In this document: positions 53,194 through 59,835 of the stretch, piece after piece | Layout of the letters: each line of letters begins with the position of its first letter | Numbering within the stretch: the first letter of the stretch is position 1 | Source of the DNA: Alphaproteobacteria bacterium | GTDB taxonomy: Bacteria > Pseudomonadota > Alphaproteobacteria > UBA7887 | Direction of reading: 5' to 3' | Length of the DNA: 59,835 nucleotides | NCBI GenBank assembly: GCA_028289725.1 | Contig: JANQOH010000396.1 | Coordinates: 1-59,835 of the forward strand | Position numbers and translations under genes: made by a program | Notes under the pieces: model-generated | What the model was told of the DNA's origin: nothing | Databases searched by the model: none | The model's input: only the letters and a program-made list of their open reading frames with translations

Positions 53194-54521
53194 TGCGCGT
53201 TCTCGGTGTGTTTTGCATTTTGTTGGCGCATATTGCGACGGCTCGTGCGCAGGAGGACGTCATTCCGCTCGACCCCGAACTGCGCGTGATCGTCGAACCA
53301 TTCCACGTCCTTAGGAACGGTGCCTACGTCCAAGGCCAGATCCGATTGCGGATCTTGCTGCTGTCGCCACATCCGTTTGAAACGCTCCATTTCCAACAGC
53401 CTATGTTGGACGGCGCGACAGTCGTGACATTGTCGCCGCCGCGTACACGGGCCATTACCCACTACAGCAAACCCGGCTTCGGCTACGAGACCACCTTGGC
53501 CGTGTTTCCGGAACGCAGCGGCACGCTGACGATCCCGGACATCACAATTACGGGGGAAACGGTGTCGGCCGAAGGCGGCTCCGAGTCTTTCTCGACGCAC
53601 GGCGATGCAACCGAAATCCCCGTTCACCCGATTGATCCGTCATTTGCAGACAAATGGTGGTTGGTCGCCAATGAAATCCAGATCGAGGAGCAGTGGACGC
53701 CGGCTCCGGACACGGTGGTGGCGGGCGGCGTGGTCGAGCGACGTGTGGTGATGACGGTCGACGGCGCGCGCCTAGCCCAATTGCCGCCGCTGACACAGTC
53801 CGAAGGTGACGGTTATGCGGTGGTGGGCGAGACCGGTCAGCAAAGCATGGAACTGACCAAACTCGGCGTTGTCTCGCGGGTCGAGCGCGCTTGGCAGTTG
53901 CGGATGCTGAGCGACAATGTCGTCAAGGTCAGCCCGATCCTTGTCGATTATTGGGATCCGGGAGCAAATCAAGCTGCGGTGGCGACGCTTCCAGGAAAAC
54001 GCATTGAACCATTGGCCCGCGATGTTGCGGCGGCGGCCGAGGGCTTGATCGAAGAAGCGGCGAGCACGCACCGCGGTCGTCAACTCGGTGCGCTGCTTCT
54101 GATGGCAATACCAGTCCTGGTCCTGGTCGGTCTGTTGTTGAGCCTCGTGTTTTGCATGTGGCCAACCCGTGCGGATCGAACCTTGGTCCGGGCGTGTCGA
54201 AGTGCCGACAGTCCATCCGATGGGTTTGCGGCGGCGTTGGATTGGGCAAGGGCAACCTATCCGAAATCGGGCGGCGTACCGCTGGCCACCGCTAGAGCCA
54301 ATCTCGGCGCGCGCGGCGCCGCGGCCCTCACACGCATGCAGTCAGCTTTGTTTTCGCGCACGGCGCCGACGGCTGACATGGATCTCGACGCGCGGGAAAT
54401 TGTGCGGGCGGCGCGTCGCGCACGGCTTCGGTCATTTGTTCGGCGTATCGCGGCTTGGCTCTCCGGCGCTGTCCAAGCGCGCCCGCTCGAACCGAGGGCT
54501 CGCAGCGCGCGCCGGGCGTGA
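53190..54521 (+). CDS. BatD-like (oxygen-tolerance family) exported protein with C-terminal TM
   Basis: Signal peptide, repeated beta-rich domains, a late TM (LGALLLMAIPVLVLVGLLLSLVF) and operon position after a TPR gene. Confidence 0.65.
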   Translation: MMRVLGVFCILLAHIATARAQEDVIPLDPELRVIVEPFHVLRNGAYVQGQIRLRILLLSPHPFETLHFQQPMLDGATVVTLSPPRTRAITHYSKPGFGYETTLAVFPERSGTLTIPDITITGETVSAEGGSESFSTHGDATEIPVHPIDPSFADKWWLVANEIQIEEQWTPAPDTVVAGGVVERRVVMTVDGARLAQLPPLTQSEGDGYAVVGETGQQSMELTKLGVVSRVERAWQLRMLSDNVVKVSPILVDYWDPGANQAAVATLPGKRIEPLARDVAAAAEGLIEEAASTHRGRQLGALLLMAIPVLVLVGLLLSLVFCMWPTRADRTLVRACRSADSPSDGFAAALDWARATYPKSGGVPLATARANLGARGAAALTRMQSALFSRTAPTADMDLDAREIVRAARRARLRSFVRRIAAWLSGAVQARPLEPRARSARRA

Positions 54522-54565
54522 TCGGTTGCGACGATCTGCCAATTCGGATTCGGACCATGTAAGAC

Positions 54566-55564
54566 ATGGATGATAAGATCTATCCAACCTACAAAGCGGC
54601 CAAACTGGAGGCGATCCTCCACGAGCAGGGTATATCGGCCGAAGAGTTGCTTGAGGCGACCGGCATTTCGCCGCCCGAATTGACCTCGAACACTGCGCGC
54701 ATATCGCGCCGACAACTAGCCCAAATTTACCGGAACGCTATTCGCGTCTCGAAAGACCCGACGATCGGATTGATTGCCGGGCACAGATTGTGCCTGACGG
54801 ACTACGGCATATACGGCTACGCGCTTATTTCGAGCGCGACGCTCCGTAAGGCCTTAGAGTTCTCGATCAAATATCACCAAATGGCGACGCCCACGGTTCG
54901 CATGTCGCTCCTGGTGGACGAAGACGACGGCACCGCCATCTTTCGCATGGAAGATAAGCTCGGCATTCGTGAGCTGTATCAGTTCAATTTGGAGATGCAG
55001 TTCAGTTTGGTCTTCTCGCTTTTCAAGGATATGGCCGGGCGCGATTTCCGGTTCAGTGAAATTTGGGCGAGCTACTCCCGCCCACCCTACGCCGACGCGT
55101 ATGAGGCGCTTTTTGAGTGCCCGGTCCGTTTCGAGATGCCGCACAATGACCTGATATTTGACACGGCTTGGCTGGATGGGCCCTTGGAACGGGCGAATCC
55201 AATCACGGAGGCGACAACGCGCGAACTGTGCGACCAGGTCCTGCTTGAAATGGAAACGCGCGAAGGGATCGCGCATCGGGTCTACGAAATCATTACCAAG
55301 GATCTGCGTCAGCACAGCAGTCTGGAATCGGTCGCGCGAGCGCTCAACATGTCATCGCGCACCTTACGTCGCAAACTTGCGGCCCAAGGCCCGACATTTC
55401 AAAAAATTCTCAACGAAGTGCGTCAGCAGCTTGCGATCGAGTTTCTCCGAAACACGGATATGAGCTCCGAAGAAATTGCCGACCGGCTCGGCTTCTCGGA
55501 TGCCGCCAACTTCCGCCATGCATTTAAGAAGTGGACCGACAAAACGCCGAGCGCATTTCGTTAG
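54566..55564 (+). CDS. AraC family transcriptional regulator
   Basis: C-terminal double HTH (SLESVARALNMSSRTLRRKL..., EIADRLGFSDAANFRHAFKKWT) with an N-terminal ligand-binding-type domain. Confidence 0.9.
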   Translation: MDDKIYPTYKAAKLEAILHEQGISAEELLEATGISPPELTSNTARISRRQLAQIYRNAIRVSKDPTIGLIAGHRLCLTDYGIYGYALISSATLRKALEFSIKYHQMATPTVRMSLLVDEDDGTAIFRMEDKLGIRELYQFNLEMQFSLVFSLFKDMAGRDFRFSEIWASYSRPPYADAYEALFECPVRFEMPHNDLIFDTAWLDGPLERANPITEATTRELCDQVLLEMETREGIAHRVYEIITKDLRQHSSLESVARALNMSSRTLRRKLAAQGPTFQKILNEVRQQLAIEFLRNTDMSSEEIADRLGFSDAANFRHAFKKWTDKTPSAFR

Positions 55565-55598
55565 CCGGCTTCCGATCCTTGGGCTGACCCAAGCTTCC

Positions 55599-57464
55599 TC
55601 ACACATCGAGTACGAGTCGATCACCCCTCGCCCGCCCGACGCAAACACACATCTTGTCGTTCCTTGAACGCTCTTCATCGGTCATGATCGCGTCGCGATG
55701 GTCGGGCTCGCCCTCCAAGACGGGTGTGATGCAAGAGCCGCAAATACCCTGCGTGCACGAACAGGGAATTCCACATTTGTGACGGTTCAGGACATCGATC
55801 AGGAATTCGTCTGCCTTGACCTTCAGAACCTTGCCCGACCGGCCGAGGACAACCTCAAACGGCTTGTTTTCGCGGGTCTCGATGACACGCGGTACAAAGG
55901 TCTCGGAGTAGATGGCGTCATCGGCCCACCCTTGGTCTTTGGCAGCGCCAATCACCCAAGCCATGAACGCCGAGGGACCACAGATGTAGAGGTGCTTGGA
56001 TGGAGCGCCGGACCCGAGATGCGTGGCTGGATCGAATTTTTGCGCTGCCTCGCCATCATCTGTGTGAATGATCAGACGGTCCGCGAACGGAAGCTCACGC
56101 AAGCTCGATCCGAATGGCAGCATGGCGTTGTTGCGAACGCAGATGTGCATCTCAAAGTCATCGCCGCGCTCATGCAGTTTGTGGGCCATCGACAGTATCG
56201 GTGTGATACCGATACCGCCGGCAATGAGAATGGTGCGATCAATCTGGGCTCGAAGCGGAAAATTGTTGCGTGGCGCGCTGATCTGAAGCGTGTCGCCGAC
56301 CGCGGTTTCATCTTGTAGCTGACGCGATCCGCCGCGCCCTGGGTCCTCGCGTTTCACCGCAATGAGATAGCGATCTTGTTCGCTCGGCGAATTATACATG
56401 GAGTATTGTCGGACGACGCCGTCGGCAATCCTGACGTCTATGTGGGCACCCGCATCGAAAGCGGGAAATACGGACCCGTCGATAGGCCGAAGTTCGTACG
56501 ATTGAATTCCATCGGCGACCTTTTCCACCGCTGTGACTCGCGCCGTGATCCAGTTGGCGGCGCGGTCTTGTGGCAAGACCGGCTGTTCTGGACCAGAGAA
56601 GAAATTTCGGACTGGGACGTTTTGGGATTCAAACAGGGCCTTCCCGGATTCCCATGCCCGGTGGTAGCGATAAAACGGCACGCTTGGCAACAAATGGTGC
56701 AAGCAGTGCTCGGTCTGGCCCAACATGATCCAGCGCTGAAACCAATTGGCGCGGACATAAACGGTCGCTTGAAACGGCGCTTCTTCCCAGAGAACGTCTT
56801 CCGGGTGCTGAATATGGGCGAAGAAATACGTGACGATCGTGACGCCGATACGCTGCGGGATCATCCAGAGGAGGAAGAACGCGAGTGCGTAGGGCGACAA
56901 TAACCACACGACGTGCCACCCGACATAAAAAGCGATACCGGCGGCGAATTCGAGCCGTTCGGACCATGGCCGCTCCGACCAGTGCCGCAGATACCAGATC
57001 GTCCAAAGCACATCCGGTGCCGCGAGGACGAACGGTAGCAGCCAAGGCGGCGCGGACACGAAAGGTTCGTCGGGATCCTTATGTTTGTCACCGGAGAAAC
57101 GGTGATGTTCGAGATGAAGGTATCGGTAAATCCGCGTCGTTATGCCTGGCAACAACGCGAAACACGCGATGGTGCCAAATAGGTCATTGATGAAGCGGTT
57201 GCCCGATAATGTTCGATGGGTCGCGTCATGCAGCGGGGTAAACGCGCCGTAGATGGCGATGCCGTTCAAGAGCATCATGACGGACCAGTGCAGGCTGCCC
57301 TCGAGATAGAAATAGGAGCTCACGGCAAACAACAGATAAGCCAAGACGATGAGACCCACCGAGACGGGTGCGAACACGGGGATGGTCGTCAGCGCCCGAA
57401 AACGCGGCTCCCGAATGACTTGTTCCAACACCTCCTTCGTCGACGTCGAAAAAGCGAATGCCAT
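55599..57464 (-). CDS. Fusion protein: membrane fatty-acid-desaturase-type di-iron domain + FNR/PDR-type flavin reductase + plant-type 2Fe-2S ferredoxin
   Basis: His boxes HDATH, HLEHH and HCLHH. Flavin motif RQYSMYN. NAD motif IAGGIGITP. C-x4-C-x2-C...C (CTQGICGSC...C) at the C-terminus. Confidence 0.85.
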   Translation of the reverse strand: MAFAFSTSTKEVLEQVIREPRFRALTTIPVFAPVSVGLIVLAYLLFAVSSYFYLEGSLHWSVMMLLNGIAIYGAFTPLHDATHRTLSGNRFINDLFGTIACFALLPGITTRIYRYLHLEHHRFSGDKHKDPDEPFVSAPPWLLPFVLAAPDVLWTIWYLRHWSERPWSERLEFAAGIAFYVGWHVVWLLSPYALAFFLLWMIPQRIGVTIVTYFFAHIQHPEDVLWEEAPFQATVYVRANWFQRWIMLGQTEHCLHHLLPSVPFYRYHRAWESGKALFESQNVPVRNFFSGPEQPVLPQDRAANWITARVTAVEKVADGIQSYELRPIDGSVFPAFDAGAHIDVRIADGVVRQYSMYNSPSEQDRYLIAVKREDPGRGGSRQLQDETAVGDTLQISAPRNNFPLRAQIDRTILIAGGIGITPILSMAHKLHERGDDFEMHICVRNNAMLPFGSSLRELPFADRLIIHTDDGEAAQKFDPATHLGSGAPSKHLYICGPSAFMAWVIGAAKDQGWADDAIYSETFVPRVIETRENKPFEVVLGRSGKVLKVKADEFLIDVLNRHKCGIPCSCTQGICGSCITPVLEGEPDHRDAIMTDEERSRNDKMCVCVGRARGDRLVLDV

Positions 57465-57710
57465 GGAAGCCCTCTCCCGTTTCGAGTCCCTGTCGCCATT
57501 TTTCAGTGCAGCCTTGTTCGGGCTGCAAGGGAGCGCGGATGGTGCGCTCGGTTAGCGTATTCTGGCGAAACAGATGACCACGAACAGGTTTGTTTCGGAC
57601 AACACCATGTTAATTTCGGCCAAGCTGCGAGCGTAGCGTTTCGGCCGGTTGTAACGAATTCCTAGATTGAATTCGGGGCGATTGGTCGGCGGAACAAGAC
57701 CGACGGCGGA

Positions 57711-58622
57711 TCACCACGCTTTTACGACAAGAACATCGCACGGCGGATTGTTGAGGAAATCCTCGGCGACACTGCCAAGCAAGGCGTGGGAAAGACCCAC
57801 GCGGCCGTGTGTGCCCAGCGCCAACAGATCGGGCTTCACGCGCTCGACTTCCGCGCGGAGGACCGCGCCCGCATCGCCGTGCCGCACCAGCTTGTGCGGC
57901 GGCCTCTCGGCCGACAGGTTTTGGCCGGAAACATCGATCAGCGACGCCATCTCATCTTCGATCATGCGCGTCAGTTCCTGATCATGTTCTTGCTGGACGG
58001 CGCGTCGCGCTTCCCGACCCGGCTGAAAGCCTTCAAATGGCACCTGAAAGGCGTGCACGATATGGAATTCCGCACCGGGCGCGGTGGCCGATGCGCTTCG
58101 GATCGCAAGCCGTGAGAAGACCGAGAAATCGACGCCGACTAAGACGCGTTCGTACGGGCCCTTCACCCGAGCCGGTACGACCAGAACCGGGTGCTTTCCC
58201 TTTCGGATCACCCGCTCCAATGTGGTACCCGCCAAGGGTTTGCTCCCGGACTCATTGCGATGAATTCCCATGACGATGAGGTCGGCGGACACGGCGTCGG
58301 CCTTATCGATGATGTCTCGATAGTCCTTCCCCGCAGCGACGTCGATGGTCACGTCGACGCCTTCCGCTCCCTGAATCTTCGACACGCAGTCTTCGATCTC
58401 GTCCGTGGCGGCGGATGCGACGCGGTCCTGTACCGAGGCCGGGAGATCTTCATCCAGGACATGAAAGACCACGAGTTGCGCCCCATGGCTCTTAGCCAAC
58501 GTAACGCTCCGTTCCAAGGCCCGGTCGGACCGTGCCGACAAATCGGTGGCCATGAGAATGGTTTGTGGCGCCGCCGTCGTTGCCGCGGACTGTGTGTCTT
58601 GGAGTGGCCGCTGCTTGCTCAT
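57711..58622 (-). CDS. Universal stress protein, tandem UspA domains
   Basis: Two Usp modules, each ending in G.HGR/G...G-type ATP-binding motifs (LIVMGIHRNESGSK...; LALGTHGRVGLSHALLGSVAEDF). Confidence 0.85.
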   Translation of the reverse strand: MSKQRPLQDTQSAATTAAPQTILMATDLSARSDRALERSVTLAKSHGAQLVVFHVLDEDLPASVQDRVASAATDEIEDCVSKIQGAEGVDVTIDVAAGKDYRDIIDKADAVSADLIVMGIHRNESGSKPLAGTTLERVIRKGKHPVLVVPARVKGPYERVLVGVDFSVFSRLAIRSASATAPGAEFHIVHAFQVPFEGFQPGREARRAVQQEHDQELTRMIEDEMASLIDVSGQNLSAERPPHKLVRHGDAGAVLRAEVERVKPDLLALGTHGRVGLSHALLGSVAEDFLNNPPCDVLVVKAW

Positions 58623-58784
58623 GCTGAACCTTGCCCGTTAGTGAGAACTTTGGCCCGGGAGCAATCCATGAGCCACGCACCCGGCACGTAATCACCATTG
58701 AACAATTTTCAAGAACGCTAAAATGGTGTCAGAGTTCTTTATCAGGGTTGAATGGCTATAAGACGCCGAAAAAGGAGTTCATTG

Positions 58785-58994
58785 ATGCTCAGCAAACCGT
58801 TTATGACCACTCATGAAATTGCCGAGCTTCTGAAAGTGCGTGAGCCCACCGTACGGTCTTGGATCCATGGTGGGGCATTGCGTGCGGTCAAGCTCGGTCG
58901 AGAGTTTCGCGTGGCCGTCAAAGACCTCGAAGCTTTCGTTAACGAGAATGCGACGCGCGAGCCGAGCTGGACGACGGAGACGTCACCAGGCTGA
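58785..58994 (+). CDS. Small helix-turn-helix DNA-binding protein (excisionase/MerR-like HTH_17 type)
   Basis: MTTHEIAELLKVREPTVRSWIHGGALRAVKLGREFRV. AAGGAG SD lies before ATG 58785. Confidence 0.7.
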   Translation: MLSKPFMTTHEIAELLKVREPTVRSWIHGGALRAVKLGREFRVAVKDLEAFVNENATREPSWTTETSPG

Positions 58995-59028
58995 TGGTGG
59001 CTCGGCCGACTTTGAGACCTTAGCGATC

Positions 59029-59061
59029 GGGCGGTGCCCCCGTTATCGGGAAGCACCGCCC
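59029..59061. terminator. Hairpin between convergent HTH gene and katG (9-bp stem GGGCGGTGC/GCACCGCCC with an inner CCCG/CGGG extension)
   Basis: Paired by hand; no strong U-tract on either strand. Confidence 0.35.
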
Positions 59062-59092
59062 TGGACATGCTTTCGTAGACCCGCGTTTGACC

Positions 59093-59835
59093 TCAGGCGA
59101 TGTCGAAGCGATCGAGCGTCATGACCTTGTTCCAGGCGGCGACGAATTCCTCGACGAAGGCCGATTTGGCATCGTCGCTCGCATAGACTTCTGCGATGGC
59201 TCTCAATTGCGAATTCGAACCAAACAGGAGATCGACCGCCGTCGCCGTGTATTTGACCGCACCGGTCGCATCGTCGCGGCCTTCGTAAACCGTCTCATCG
59301 TCAGACGATTTTCGCCAGCTGGTCCCCATTTCAAGGAGATTGACGAAGAAGTCATTGGTTAGCGTGCCAGGCTTATCGGTGAATACACCGTGCCGCGTTC
59401 CGCCGTGGTTGGCGTCCAGAGCACGCATGCCGCCAATAAGCACCGTCATCTCGGGCGCTGTTAAGGTCAGCAGTTGCGCGCGTTCAACCAACAGCTCCTC
59501 GGCCGGACGCTTGTGGCGCCGATCGATGTAGTTGCGAAAACCGTCGGCCGTTGGCTCAAGATGCGCCACCGACGCGGCTTCGGTTTGCGCCGCCGATGCA
59601 TCCGTCCGACCCGGTGCAAATGGTACCGTCACGTCGTGGCCCGCTTGCTTCGCGGCTTCCTCGACGGCTGCGTTTCCGCCCAAAACGATCAGATCGGCGA
59701 GCGAGACTTTTTTGCCGTCCGGTTCCGCATCATTGAACGCCGATTGGATGTCTTCCAGAACCGGCAGCACTTTCGCCAGTTCGGCCGGCTGATTGACCGC
59801 CCAATCGTTCATGGGCGCCAGGCGAATGCGCGGGC
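59093..59835 (-). CDS. katG: Catalase-peroxidase, C-terminal part; 5' end lies outside the window
   Basis: [35 protein letters not shown]..., [13 protein letters not shown]..., and the C-terminal [17 protein letters not shown] typical of KatG. The frame stays open to the window edge. Confidence 0.9.
   Translation of the reverse strand, partial: PRIRLAPMNDWAVNQPAELAKVLPVLEDIQSAFNDAEPDGKKVSLADLIVLGGNAAVEEAAKQAGHDVTVPFAPGRTDASAAQTEAASVAHLEPTADGFRNYIDRRHKRPAEELLVERAQLLTLTAPEMTVLIGGMRALDANHGGTRHGVFTDKPGTLTNDFFVNLLEMGTSWRKSSDDETVYEGRDDATGAVKYTATAVDLLFGSNSQLRAIAEVYASDDAKSAFVEEFVAAWNKVMTLDRFDIA

Noticed and set aside
58785-58994. Excisionase-like HTH gene as a marker of a prophage or integrative-element border
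   Set aside because: No integrase, tRNA gene, direct repeats or phage/conjugation genes lie nearby. The neighbours are usp and katG. It is more likely a stand-alone small regulator.

Overview
High-GC, alphaproteobacterium-like chromosomal segment with about 55 protein-coding genes. I recognised no rRNA, tRNA, CRISPR array, transposase or integrase. All family calls come from motif and architecture recognition by eye, since no database search was possible. Gene order: 3' end of a type I secretion HlyD adaptor, convergent with a 963-aa RTX protein. Then a DapA-like / OYE-type flavoprotein / TRAP binding-protein group and a CzcCBA-like OMF-MFP-RND efflux operon. Next come oxidoreductase and CoA-ester genes, a Gfo/Idh/MocA - TIM-barrel - FAD flavoprotein - TPP enzyme - cupin group, two tandem tiny lipoproteins, an alginate-export-type porin, VOC + mtnA, and a thiolase / paired acyl-CoA dehydrogenase / enoyl-CoA hydratase block. 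A PQQ-dehydrogenase - cytochrome c - periplasmic protein - TPR operon follows. Further on are an amidohydrolase / PLP enzyme / LLM oxidoreductase / second TRAP binding protein, an Lrp regulator + PhyH dioxygenase, an orphan ABC ATPase, a block of hypothetical exported proteins, a Bat-like (DUF4381-VWA-VWA-TPR-BatD) operon, AraC + a desaturase-reductase-ferredoxin fusion, a tandem Usp, a small HTH protein and the 3' part of katG. The best candidate for an undescribed system is a compact four-gene operon at 36.3-38.7 kb. It encodes a MotA/TolQ/ExbB-type channel protein, an ExbD/MotB-like single-TM protein with the conserved TM aspartate but an unrecognised periplasmic domain, and two paralogous 2-TM periplasm-facing proteins. 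It has no TonB, Tol-Pal, flagellar or Zorya partner nearby and sits behind an AT-rich spacer carrying a near-consensus CRP-type palindrome. Other hidden signals: a three-hairpin C-rich-loop sRNA-like element (27.51-27.64 kb); a perfect TGTGA-N6-TCACA palindrome upstream of the RTX gene; a gene broken at a (CCACG)3 repeat; a PQQ dehydrogenase with the D-x-D lanthanide-type motif but no Cys-Cys pair; and a cytochrome c carrying a canonical EF-hand loop.
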